From assembly GCA_965279525.1 (NCBI GenBank), contig CBDIIB010000003.1:320001-384000 (forward strand): a stretch of 64,000 nucleotides of DNA. The letters are read 5' to 3'. The translations under genes were made by a program, and so were the position numbers. Shown piece after piece: positions 1-9,057 of this stretch (its first letter is position 1; each line of letters opens with the position of its first letter). The notes beneath the pieces were generated by a model. It ran no database searches and had not been told where the DNA came from. It saw only the letters and a list, made by a program, of their open reading frames with translations. The stretch comes from Tagaea sp. (GTDB taxonomy: Bacteria > Pseudomonadota > Alphaproteobacteria > CACIAM-22H2).

Positions 1-534
1 CGCTTCTTCATCAAGCGGCTCGTGAATATCGGGGCCACCGGCTACAAGCGCAGCTGGATCGACAACATCCTGTGGCACCATTTCTGCCACTTCGTCGATC
101 TCGGCATGTACCTGTTCGACGGCGCGCCGATCCGCCGCATCCAGAGCCACATGGGCGCCCTGCACCCGACAACCGGCATCCCGATGGAATGCACGGTGCT
201 GGTCGAGACCGAGGCCGACCAGACGATGCTGGTCCACGGCTCGTACCACGCGACGTTCCGGCTCTACGACAAGCTGATCGTCACCGACAAGGAGACGTAC
301 AATTACGACATCCTGGCCGGCACGCTGAAGACCGAGGCGGGCTCCGTGCCCATCGAGGCCGAGCAGAAGAACTGCGCGCGGGTCATCGTCGATTTCCTCG
401 CCGCCGTGCGCGAGGGGCGTCCGCCCGTCACCCACGGCCCGACCGTGCTGCCGGCCATGCGCGTGCTGCAGGCCGTGCAGGACGAGTGGGACAAGCGCTA
501 CGGCGTGCAGGCGATCCCGGGCCGGCCGCTCTGA
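1..534 (+). CDS. Gfo/Idh/MocA-family oxidoreductase, C-terminal part (5' truncated by window)
   Basis: Frame open from base 1; 'SWIDNILWHHFCHFVD' and 'DFLAAVREGRPP...VLPAMRVLQAV' resemble the Gfo/Idh/MocA C-terminal domain. Confidence 0.7.
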   Translation, partial: RFFIKRLVNIGATGYKRSWIDNILWHHFCHFVDLGMYLFDGAPIRRIQSHMGALHPTTGIPMECTVLVETEADQTMLVHGSYHATFRLYDKLIVTDKETYNYDILAGTLKTEAGSVPIEAEQKNCARVIVDFLAAVREGRPPVTHGPTVLPAMRVLQAVQDEWDKRYGVQAIPGRPL

Positions 535-1131
535 CTAGACCAGCCGGCTCCACATGCCGGTGTTGAGGTCGACGGGGACGAGCAGGCGGAATTTGTCCTT
601 CTCGCCCTTTTCCGGCAGCAGCAGCCCGTTGCCGGGACCGCCGCGGAAATACGAGGCGACCTGGTCTTGCGTGGCACCGAGGCCCGCGACGTAGCTTTCC
701 GCCGTCACCGAGATCGACGTCTTCTGGTAGCTGAACGAGAAGCTGCCGTCGGCACCGGCCGTGAAACTCATCCGCTCGATCTCGAGCGAGAAGGTGAATT
801 TCTGTCCGGCGACGAGGCTCTGCGGCACGCGGATCGCGTCGGGGCCTTGCGTGTCGAGATCCTTGAAGATCCGCTGCGACAGGTTTTTTGCCATCCAGGA
901 AAGCTGGTTCGTGCTGGCGCCGAAATCGGTGAGCATCTTGATCGTGCGCGCCGACGCCTCGTTGGCGGCCTGCCGCAGGCGGCGGCCATAAAGCTGCGCG
1001 TCGAACTGGCTGCGTTCGAGCCGGTCGATGACTTCGCGCATCTTCGCGAGATGTTCGTTGTCCAGCGCCGTCTTGACGGACGCGGACGGATTCATGGATA
1101 GCCCGGCTGTGCCGGAAAATGGGCCGATCAT
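535..1131 (-). CDS. Hypothetical protein (~198 aa)
   Basis: ORF with host-like codon usage starting MIGPFSG; stop abuts the convergent upstream gene; no family recognised. Confidence 0.6.
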   Translation of the reverse strand: MIGPFSGTAGLSMNPSASVKTALDNEHLAKMREVIDRLERSQFDAQLYGRRLRQAANEASARTIKMLTDFGASTNQLSWMAKNLSQRIFKDLDTQGPDAIRVPQSLVAGQKFTFSLEIERMSFTAGADGSFSFSYQKTSISVTAESYVAGLGATQDQVASYFRGGPGNGLLLPEKGEKDKFRLLVPVDLNTGMWSRLV

Positions 1132-1338
1132 CGCGGTTCTCCGCAGGGTTTCGGGCCGGCAGTTCTGTCCGCCCCGGGTTAATTTAAGAATTGAGTATAG
1201 CACGGAAGGCGGCGGGCTCGTCGAAGGATATGATTGCAAAGTTACCTATAATAGGCTATATATCGTAAATCTTGCTGGAGAGCTGCCCGATGCCGTCCTC
1301 GACCGTCCTACATGAGACACGGAAAATACCGGTCGCCT

Positions 1339-1430
1339 GTCACCTTCTTGGAGTTTTATTTATAAACTCCAATGAGTTGATCAGGTGACGGTCAAGAGAC
1401 GGTCAAGCGACCGTCAACTGCCGTCAACTA
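1339..1430. repeat. AT-rich palindrome plus four imperfect ~11-bp tandem/inverted repeats
   Basis: TTGGAGTTT(1348-1356)/AAACTCCAA(1364-1372), flanked by GTCACCT/AGGTGAC; repeats gacggtcaaga, gacggtcaagc, gaccgtcaact, gccgtcaacta at 1387-1430. Confidence 0.7.
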
Positions 1431-1447
1431 AGCTTTGCGGCAGGAAA

Positions 1448-2431
1448 TCAGCCCCAGAGGGCGGCGGCCGGCGGGCTCACGGTGCTGCCGTCGAAGGCAA
1501 GGCCCGGCACGCGGTCGCGGTCGAGCAGCAGCGGCCCGTCGATGTCGGTCCACGCGCAGCCTTGCGCCACCAGATGGGCCGGCGCCATGCCCAGCGACGT
1601 GCCGACCATGCAGCCGACCATGATCTTGAAGCCCGCGACCATCGCCGCGTTGCGCAGCGCAAGCGCCTCGGTGAGGCCGCCGGTCTTGTCGAGCTTGATG
1701 TTCACCGCCTCGTAGCGGCCGGCGAGATGGGGCAGGGAATGGCGGTCGTGGCAGCTTTCGTCCGCGCACAGCGCCACCGGATGCGAAAGCCCCACGAGGG
1801 CCGCGTCGCGCTCGGCGTGCAGCGGCTGCTCGATGAGGTCGACGCCGAGCTTGCCCAGTGCCGGCGCATAGCGCGCGAAGGCGCCGATGTCCCACGCCTC
1901 GTTGGCATCGACGACGAGGCGCGAATTGGGCGCGGCCTTGCGCACCGCCGCCACGCGTTCGAGATCGCCTTCGCCGGTGAGCTTTACTTTCAGGAGCGGC
2001 CTTGCGCGCGCGGCCTCGGCCGCCAGCGCCATGTTGGCCGGCGTGTCGACCGACAGCGTGAAGGCGGTCACGACTGCCTTGGGTTCCGGCAGGCCCGCAA
2101 GCTGCCACACGCGCTTGCCGGCGCGCTTGGCCTCCAGGTCCCACAACGCGCAGTCGAGCGCGTTGCGCGCGGCACCCGCAGGCAGTGCGGTGCCAAGCTC
2201 GGCGCGCGTGCAGCCGCGTTCGATCAGCGCGCGGGCACCTTCGATCTGCGCCATCACGCTTTCCACGCTCTCGCCATAGCGCGCGTAGGGCACGCATTCG
2301 CCGGCACCGGCAGCGCCATCGTGCGTGATGCGCGCGACGACGACGACCGCTTCGGTGCGCGAGCCGCGCGAAATGCGGAACGTGCCGCGGATCGGCCAGA
2401 CTTCGCGCGCGACGGCGAGCGTGCGGGTCAC
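1448..2431 (-). CDS. dgcA: N-acetyl-D-glutamate racemase / L-Ala-D/L-Glu epimerase family (enolase superfamily)
   Basis: KVK, DANE, EQP, ADES, NIKLDKTGG, GCM and DIDG motifs; GTG start overlaps the stop of the dgcN-like gene (GTGA). Confidence 0.85.
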   Translation of the reverse strand: MTRTLAVAREVWPIRGTFRISRGSRTEAVVVVARITHDGAAGAGECVPYARYGESVESVMAQIEGARALIERGCTRAELGTALPAGAARNALDCALWDLEAKRAGKRVWQLAGLPEPKAVVTAFTLSVDTPANMALAAEAARARPLLKVKLTGEGDLERVAAVRKAAPNSRLVVDANEAWDIGAFARYAPALGKLGVDLIEQPLHAERDAALVGLSHPVALCADESCHDRHSLPHLAGRYEAVNIKLDKTGGLTEALALRNAAMVAGFKIMVGCMVGTSLGMAPAHLVAQGCAWTDIDGPLLLDRDRVPGLAFDGSTVSPPAAALWG

Positions 2432-3435
2432 TTGATCTTCGCCAGCTTCTTGACGAGCGGGGCCACGCCCGTGCGGCTGGGATCGCACACCGGCATGCCG
2501 AGCCGGTCGGCGAGCGACTTCAGCGCGCGCTCGGCGGCCTTGGCCGTCATCTTCGACGTGTTGAGGCTGACGCCCACGCACTTGACCTTGGGGTTCGTGA
2601 GCCGCGCATGCTGAAGGTTGAGCGCGATGCAGTCCTCGATCTTCGGCAGCTTGTAATGCGGCAGGCCGCGCATGTGCGGGCGGCCCATCTCGTGGCACAT
2701 CACGAGCGCATCGGCCTGGGCACCGTGGATCAGCGCCAGCGTCACGCCGGCATAGCTTGCGTGGAACAGCGAGCCCTGGCCCTCGATCACGTCCCAATGG
2801 TCGGGCGCGTTGGCGGGCGACAGCGTTTCGACGGCACCCGCGACGAAATCCGACACGATCGCGTCGATCGACCAGCCGGACCCGGCGATCAGGATGCCGG
2901 TCTGGCCAGTGGCGCGGAACGTCGCCTTCAGGCCCTGCGCCTTCATCTCTTTTTCAAGCGCCAGCGACGTGTACATCTTGCCGATCGAGCAGTCGGTGCC
3001 GACGGTCAGCACGCGCTTGCCCGCGCGCTTTGCCCCCGTCGCGATCGGGAATTCGCGGTCGGGATGGCGCACGTCGAACAGCGTGCGGCCGTACTTCTTC
3101 GCCGCCGCCGCGATTTCCGGAACGTCGGCCAGCTTGTTGTGCAGGCCGCTGGCGAGATCCATGCCGGCGGCAAGCGCCCCGATCAGCGCATCGCCCCACG
3201 CCTTGGAAATCACGCCGCCGCGATTGACCACGCCGACGATCATCGTTTTGGCGCCTGCGCGCGCCGCGGCGGCCACGTCCATGTCGGGGAAACCCGCGGT
3301 GGTCTTGCAGCCGGGCAGGCGCAGCTGGCCGATGCATTTCTCCGGGCGCCACTGGCCCACGCCGATCGAGGTCTTGGCCGCGAGCGCGTCGGATGCCTCG
3401 CCGAGGAAAAGCAGGTAAGGGGCCTTGATCTGCAC
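2428..3435 (-). CDS. dgcN: DUF1611-family N-acetyltransferase (DgcN-like)
   Basis: 'PYLLFLG', 'LASGLH', 'VGTDCSIGKMYT', 'ATGQTGILI', 'EGQGSLFH' motifs; GGAG RBS before GTG. Confidence 0.88.
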   Translation of the reverse strand: MQIKAPYLLFLGEASDALAAKTSIGVGQWRPEKCIGQLRLPGCKTTAGFPDMDVAAAARAGAKTMIVGVVNRGGVISKAWGDALIGALAAGMDLASGLHNKLADVPEIAAAAKKYGRTLFDVRHPDREFPIATGAKRAGKRVLTVGTDCSIGKMYTSLALEKEMKAQGLKATFRATGQTGILIAGSGWSIDAIVSDFVAGAVETLSPANAPDHWDVIEGQGSLFHASYAGVTLALIHGAQADALVMCHEMGRPHMRGLPHYKLPKIEDCIALNLQHARLTNPKVKCVGVSLNTSKMTAKAAERALKSLADRLGMPVCDPSRTGVAPLVKKLAKIK

Positions 3436-3509
3436 GTGTCGTGCTCCCGGGTTGTTGCGCGATGCCTTGGTCCGCATGCTAGGGTTTCCGCCAATCCGGG
3501 GGAAGCCTG

Positions 3510-4967
3510 ATGCGCTGCGAGACCATACTTTCCGGCGGCCTTGTCGTCGACGGCACGGGAGCGGCCCCGTCGCGCGGCGATGTCGGCATTTCCGGCGGTC
3601 GCATCGTGGCGGTCGGCGACCTTGCGAAGGCCGAAGCGGGCAGCCGCATCGACTGCGCGGGGCGCGTCGTCGCCCCCGGTTTCATCGACGCGCACACGCA
3701 CGACGACGCGGCCCTGCTCGAATTCCCCGACATGCCGATGAAGACGAGCCAGGGTGTCACCACCGTCGTCGCGGGGAACTGCGGCGTGTCGGTCGCCCCC
3801 GTCGATCTGCCGGGCGATCCGCCGCCGCCGCTCGACCTGCTGGGCAGCCGCGCCACCTACCGCTTCCCGCGCTTCGCCGACTGGCGCAAGGCGCTGTCGG
3901 ATGCACCTGCGGCCGTCAATTCGATCGGCATGGTCGGCCACTCGGCCCTGCGCGTGCAGGTCATGTCCGACCTGCGCCGGCCGGCCGACGCGAAGGAAGA
4001 AGCGAAGATGGCCCGGCTCGTCGAAGGGGCGATGGCGGATGGTGCGCTCGGGCTGTCGACCGGCCTCTACTACGAGCCGGCACGCTTCGCGCCCACGCGC
4101 GAACTCACGGCGCTCGCGAAGGTCGCCGGTGCGGCCGGCGGCATCTACGCCACGCACCTACGCAACGAAGGCGAGTTCCTCGAAGAGTCGATCGAGGAGG
4201 CGCTGACGATCGGGCGCGAGGCGCATCTGCCGGTCGTGCTGTCGCACCACAAGGCGGCGGGCGTGCCCAATCACGGCAAGACCGCGCGCACGATCCCCCT
4301 GATCGAAGCCGCGCGGGCGAACCAGCGCATCGCGCTCGACGTCTATCCCTATGTCGCCTCGTCGACGGTGCTGAACGCCGAACGCCTCGCTGCGGCGACG
4401 AAGGTGCTCATCACCTGGTCGAAGGCAATCCCGACGGCGCAGGGCCGCGATCTGGCCGAACTCGCGGCCGAGCACGGGCTCGACATCACCGCGATGGCCG
4501 CCAAGCTCCAGCCGGCCGGCGCCATCTATTTCGCGATGTCGGAAGACGACGTGCGCCGCGTGCTGTCGTGGCCCGAGGCGATGATCGGCTCGGACGGCCT
4601 GCCGCACGACGCCCACCCGCACCCGCGCCTGTGGGGCACGTTCCCGCGCGTGCTGGGGCACTATTCGCGCGACCTCAAGCTCTTCCCGCTGGAAGAGGCG
4701 GTCCGCCGGATGACCTCGCTGCCGGCAAAACGCTTCGGGCTGGCGGGGCGGGGGACCTTGCGCGCCGGGGCGGCGGCCGACATCGCGGTCTTCGACGCCG
4801 GCACCGTGCTCGACCGGGCGACCTTCGCCGAGCCGGCGCGCGCGGCCGTCGGCATCGATCGGGTGTTCGTCAACGGGGCCTGCGTGTGGGAAGATGGCGC
4901 ACCCACGGGCCGGCGGCCGGGCAAGTGCCTCGCCCTCGATGCCGGGGCGCTCGACTATGCAAGCTGA
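3510..4967 (+). CDS. N-acyl-D-amino-acid deacylase (D-aminoacylase) family amidohydrolase
   Basis: 'PGFIDAHTHDD', 'QGVTTVVAGNCG', 'HPRLWGTFPRVLG' motifs. Confidence 0.9.
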   Translation: MRCETILSGGLVVDGTGAAPSRGDVGISGGRIVAVGDLAKAEAGSRIDCAGRVVAPGFIDAHTHDDAALLEFPDMPMKTSQGVTTVVAGNCGVSVAPVDLPGDPPPPLDLLGSRATYRFPRFADWRKALSDAPAAVNSIGMVGHSALRVQVMSDLRRPADAKEEAKMARLVEGAMADGALGLSTGLYYEPARFAPTRELTALAKVAGAAGGIYATHLRNEGEFLEESIEEALTIGREAHLPVVLSHHKAAGVPNHGKTARTIPLIEAARANQRIALDVYPYVASSTVLNAERLAAATKVLITWSKAIPTAQGRDLAELAAEHGLDITAMAAKLQPAGAIYFAMSEDDVRRVLSWPEAMIGSDGLPHDAHPHPRLWGTFPRVLGHYSRDLKLFPLEEAVRRMTSLPAKRFGLAGRGTLRAGAAADIAVFDAGTVLDRATFAEPARAAVGIDRVFVNGACVWEDGAPTGRRPGKCLALDAGALDYAS

Positions 4968-4986
4968 ACCCGGGGGGACGACACGC

Positions 4987-6540
4987 ATGCGGACGATGGC
5001 GAAACGGGCGATCTTAGCGGGACTGCTGGCGTTCGCCGCCCCGGTCCACGCGCAGGACCTGACGCTCGGCACCAAGCTCGAGCTCAACACGCTCGATCCG
5101 CATTTCTTCAACGGCTTCCCGCCGGCGTCGAGCCACGCCTATATCTGGGAAAGTCTGGTCTATCTCGATTCCAAGCTCGCCCCGCAGCCGGGCCTCGCGA
5201 CCGCGTGGCGCAATGTCGACGACACGACGTGGGAGTTCGACCTGCGCCGCGGCGTCGAGTTCCACGACGGCACGCCGTTCGGCGCCGACGACGTGATCGC
5301 CACGCTGCTGCGCATCCCCACCGTGCCCAACAGCCCGGCGAGCTTCTCCACCTTCACGCGCTCGATCGTCGAGACGACCAAGATCGACGACCACAAGCTG
5401 CGCTTCCGCACGCGCGAACCCAACCCGACGCTGCCGCAGGAACTGGCGCGCGTGTTCGTCATCAAGCGCGAGCATGCCGGCGGCACGACGGCGGAGTTCA
5501 ATTCGGGCCGGCTCGCCGTCGGGACCGGTCCCTACCGCCATGTCGAATGGTCGAACGGCGAGCGGCTCGTCGTCGCGCGCAACGAGCGCTACTGGGGGCC
5601 GAAGCCGGCGTGGGCGAAGGTCACCGAGCGCGTCATCGCGTCGGACGCCGCGCGCGTGGCCGCATTGCTGTCGGGTGCCGTCGACGCGATCGACCTGCCG
5701 CCCATTGCCGACCAGCCGCGCATCAAAGGCGACAAGCGGTTCACGCTTTCCAGCGGGCCCGCCGCCGTCGTCCACTACATCGCGATGGACAGCGTGCGCG
5801 ATACGTCGCCCTTCGCCAGTTCGGCCGCGGGCGGCAATCCGCTGCGCGACCGGCGCGTGCGCAAGGCGCTGTCGCATGCCCTCGACCGCAACGCGATCTG
5901 TTCGCGCCTGATGGAGGGCACCTGCGTGCCCGCCAGCCAGTTCCTGCCGGCAAGTTTCGCTGGCACCAGCCAGAAGCTGAAGGCCGACGCGTTCGACGCC
6001 AACCGCGCGCGCGCCCTGCTGAAGGAAGCGGGCGTGACGGGCATGAAGCTGACGCTGCATGCCACCAACGACCGCTACCCCAAGGACCGCGATATCGCGC
6101 AGGCAGTGGCGCAGATGTGGACGCGCGTGGGCATCGAGACGGCGATCGAGGGCGTGCCGGGTGCGGTCTTCTTCGGCCAGGCCAGCCGGCAGGCCTATTC
6201 GGCCTTCATCGCCCAGTACGGCACCGACGAAGCGCTGCAGCCGCTGCGCGCCCTCGTCGCGACCTACGACGCCGACAAGGGCTACGGTTCGGCCAACCGC
6301 ACGCGCTTCACCAACCCGGCCTTCGACGCGATGCTGACGCGTGCGGCCACCACGATGGATCTGGCGCGCCGCGCCGCCCTGCTGGCGGAATCGGTCGAGG
6401 CGGCGATGGCCGAGCAGGCGGTCATCCCGGTCTTCTTCCCGACCTTCGATTTCGCGGCGAAGGCCAACCTCGCCGTCACGCCGCGCCCCGACCGGCGCTT
6501 CAACGCGATGATGATCGCGGCAAGGCGGGCTTCGCCATGA
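4987..6540 (+). CDS. ABC transporter substrate-binding protein, family 5 (peptide/nickel/opine)
   Basis: Signal peptide; 'WEFDLRRGVEFHDGTPF', 'GTGPY', 'NPLRDRRVRKALS'. Confidence 0.9.
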   Translation: MRTMAKRAILAGLLAFAAPVHAQDLTLGTKLELNTLDPHFFNGFPPASSHAYIWESLVYLDSKLAPQPGLATAWRNVDDTTWEFDLRRGVEFHDGTPFGADDVIATLLRIPTVPNSPASFSTFTRSIVETTKIDDHKLRFRTREPNPTLPQELARVFVIKREHAGGTTAEFNSGRLAVGTGPYRHVEWSNGERLVVARNERYWGPKPAWAKVTERVIASDAARVAALLSGAVDAIDLPPIADQPRIKGDKRFTLSSGPAAVVHYIAMDSVRDTSPFASSAAGGNPLRDRRVRKALSHALDRNAICSRLMEGTCVPASQFLPASFAGTSQKLKADAFDANRARALLKEAGVTGMKLTLHATNDRYPKDRDIAQAVAQMWTRVGIETAIEGVPGAVFFGQASRQAYSAFIAQYGTDEALQPLRALVATYDADKGYGSANRTRFTNPAFDAMLTRAATTMDLARRAALLAESVEAAMAEQAVIPVFFPTFDFAAKANLAVTPRPDRRFNAMMIAARRASP

Positions 6541-7163
6541 CCGACCTGCCGCCCCATGCGTCCATCGCGCGCGTGCGTGCCTTCCTCGACGACATCGAGG
6601 CGACGGACGTGGACAAGGCGCGCGAACACGTGGCGCGCAACGCGCGCTTCGTGTTCCCGGGCGGCACCGAGACCTCCTCGCTCGACGACATCGTGCGGTT
6701 CCTCGGCCAGCGCTATCGCACGGTCACCAAGCGCTACGAGCGGTTCGACCGCATCGAGATGGACGGCGACGACATCGTCTTCTGCACCGGCACGCTGTCG
6801 GGGGCGTGGGAGGACGGCGTGCCGTTCGACGGCGTGCGCTTCGTCGACCGCTTCGTGCTGCGCGCCGACCGCATCATCCTGCACGAGGTGTGGAACGACG
6901 CGGGCGAGGCGCGCGCGCGCCGGCCCGTGGGCCCGGGCAGCGGCGGCGACCGCGCCGTGCTGGCGATGGCCTCGGAGATCGAGCGCCTGCGCGACCGGCT
7001 CGGCAAGCTCGAGCGGCTGCTCGCCGCCAAGGGCCTGCTCAGCCAGGTCGAGATCGAGGCGCACGGCATCGACGACGACGAGCGCATCCCCGACGAGGAC
7101 CCGCTGGGCCAGATGGGCGATTTCCTGGGTGCCGACGAGGACGACCTGCGCCAGCAGCGCTGA
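6537..7163 (+). CDS. NTF2/SnoaL-like protein with C-terminal coiled-coil/acidic extension
   Basis: ATGA overlap with the SBP stop; 'GTLSGAWEDGVPFDGVRFVDRF...HEVWND' typical of SnoaL-like proteins. Confidence 0.75.
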   Translation: MTDLPPHASIARVRAFLDDIEATDVDKAREHVARNARFVFPGGTETSSLDDIVRFLGQRYRTVTKRYERFDRIEMDGDDIVFCTGTLSGAWEDGVPFDGVRFVDRFVLRADRIILHEVWNDAGEARARRPVGPGSGGDRAVLAMASEIERLRDRLGKLERLLAAKGLLSQVEIEAHGIDDDERIPDEDPLGQMGDFLGADEDDLRQQR

Positions 7164-7164
7164 T

Positions 7165-7785
7165 CTAGTAAAGACTCGAAACGATCCAGACCGCGAAGGC
7201 CGCCAGCAGCAACGCGGCCCCGCGGTTGATCGCGACCATCGCCGCGGCCCCGAGCTTCTCGCGCACGGCGACCACCAGCGTCGACAGCACGATCCACCAC
7301 AGCAGCGAGCCTGCGAACACGCCGGCGACGAGGGCCACGCCCGCATCCGTCGAACCGCCGGTATCGCCAAGGCCCAGCGCCAGGAACAGGCCGGCGAACG
7401 TCACGATGGTGGCGGGGTTGGCGAGCGTGAGTGCGAACGTCGCCGCGAACGTGCCGATCAGCGTGCGCGCGTCGACCTTGGCTTCGCGCGTCGCGGGGCC
7501 TGCGTTCCACGTCGTCCAGGCAAGCCACAGCAGGAACGCGGCCCCGCCAAGGCGGAACCACGAATTGCCGGCGATCAGGTCGCCGAGCAATGCGGCAAAG
7601 CCGAACGCGGCGAGGGCGGCATAGACCGCATCGGCAAGGGCGGTACCCAGCCCGCCCGCGAAGCCGGCGAAGAAGCCGTAGGCGATCGTGCGCCGGATGC
7701 ACAGCACGCCGATCGGCCCGACCGGGGCGGCGATGGAAAGGCCGAGCAGCACGCCCTTCAGGGCGAAGGTCCAGGTTTCGGTCAT
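7165..7785 (-). CDS. LysE-family amino acid exporter
   Basis: 'GLSIAAPVGPIGVLCIRRT' and 'LTLANPATI' motifs; hydrophobic. Confidence 0.9.
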   Translation of the reverse strand: MTETWTFALKGVLLGLSIAAPVGPIGVLCIRRTIAYGFFAGFAGGLGTALADAVYAALAAFGFAALLGDLIAGNSWFRLGGAAFLLWLAWTTWNAGPATREAKVDARTLIGTFAATFALTLANPATIVTFAGLFLALGLGDTGGSTDAGVALVAGVFAGSLLWWIVLSTLVVAVREKLGAAAMVAINRGAALLLAAFAVWIVSSLY

Positions 7786-7867
7786 GGCGTTCGAGTCGCG
7801 ATCATCCGGCGAATATCGGCTGCGGAACGCTGGCGCGTCAAACGCCGGACGGCCTAGTCTGGCGGTC

Positions 7868-8110
7868 ATGGACGACCTGATGGACTGGATCGGCGGGCAG
7901 GGGTGGGTGGCGGTCGTCGTGGCCGTGCTCGTCGTCTATCTGTTCTCGATGGCCCGCATGGCCCGGGACGAGCCGCGCGACACCCCGCCAAAGCCCGAGA
8001 ACCTCGCCGGATTCGACGTCGAATGGTGCCATTCCTGCTCGATCTGGGTGGCCGCCAAGACCCCGTGGTGCGGCGTCAAAGGCTGCCCCCGGCCGCACCG
8101 CTCGCTCTAG
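7868..8110 (+). CDS. Small membrane-anchored protein with a Cys4 motif
   Basis: N-terminal hydrophobic helix followed by 'WCHSC...WCGVKGCP'. Confidence 0.6.
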   Translation: MDDLMDWIGGQGWVAVVVAVLVVYLFSMARMARDEPRDTPPKPENLAGFDVEWCHSCSIWVAAKTPWCGVKGCPRPHRSL

Positions 8111-8120
8111 GATTCCGTCG

Positions 8121-8149
8121 TTGCCGCAGGGGGGTGTGGCGGTTATGTT
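8121..8149 (+). promoter_or_regulatory. Putative sigma70 promoter for glyQS
   Basis: TTGCCG-N17-TATGTT about 45 bp upstream of the glyQ ATG. Confidence 0.4.
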
Positions 8150-8193
8150 GCGCCGCCACAAACCCACCCCGGAACCCCCGAGTCGAAGCGCGC

Positions 8194-9057
8194 ATGAAGG
8201 GTCTCAGTTTCCAGAACCTGATCCTCAAGCTCCACGACTATTGGTCGCGGCAGGGCTGCCTGATCCTTCAGCCCTACGACATGGAGATGGGGGCCGGCAC
8301 CTTCCACCCGGCGACGACGCTGCGTGCCCTCGGCCCCAAGCCGTGGAAGGCCGCCTATGTGCAGCCCTCGCGCCGCCCGTCCGACGGGCGCTACGGCGAG
8401 AACCCGAACCGGCTGCAGCACTATTACCAGTATCAGGTGATCCTTAAGCCATCGCCGGCCGACAGCCAGGAGCTCTATCTCGGCTCCTTGCGCGAGATCG
8501 GCCTCGACCCGGCGCTGCACGACATCCGCTTCGTCGAGGACGACTGGGAAAGCCCGACGCTGGGCGCCTGGGGTCTCGGCTGGGAAGTGTGGTGCGACGG
8601 CATGGAAGTCACGCAGTACACCTATTTCCAGCAGGTCGGCGGCATCGAGTGCGACCCGGTGGCGGTCGAGTTCACCTACGGGCTCGAACGCCTCGCGATG
8701 TACATCCAGGGTGTCGAGAACGTCTACGACCTCGCCTTCAACGACGAGGGCGTCAGGTACGGCGAAGTGTTCCTGCGCGCAGAGCGCGAATTCTCGGCGC
8801 ATAATTTCGAGCACGCGAACACCAAGCTGCTGTTCGACCAGTTCGCCCAAGCCGAGACCGAGTGCCGCTCGCTGCTGGAAGCGAAGCTCGCCTTGCCGGC
8901 CTACGACCAGTGCATCAAGGCCTCGCACCGCTTCAACCTGCTCGACGCGCGCGGCGTGATCTCGGTCACCGAGCGCCAGGCCTATATCGGCCGCGTGCGC
9001 GACCTCGCCAAGGAATGCTGCAAGGCATGGCTGGCGGGCGAGGGCGCCAATGTCTGA
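8194..9057 (+). CDS. glyQ: Glycine--tRNA ligase alpha subunit
   Basis: 'GAGTFHPAT', '[12 protein letters not shown]', '[16 protein letters not shown]'. Confidence 0.98.
   Translation: MKGLSFQNLILKLHDYWSRQGCLILQPYDMEMGAGTFHPATTLRALGPKPWKAAYVQPSRRPSDGRYGENPNRLQHYYQYQVILKPSPADSQELYLGSLREIGLDPALHDIRFVEDDWESPTLGAWGLGWEVWCDGMEVTQYTYFQQVGGIECDPVAVEFTYGLERLAMYIQGVENVYDLAFNDEGVRYGEVFLRAEREFSAHNFEHANTKLLFDQFAQAETECRSLLEAKLALPAYDQCIKASHRFNLLDARGVISVTERQAYIGRVRDLAKECCKAWLAGEGANV

Noticed and set aside
1170-1200. CtrA box upstream of the 535-1131 gene
   Set aside because: Only a TTAAC half-site; spacing does not fit TTAA-N7-TTAAC.
1387-1430. Possible CRISPR or REP array
   Set aside because: Units are only about 11 bp, have no spacers, and I saw no other copies in the window.
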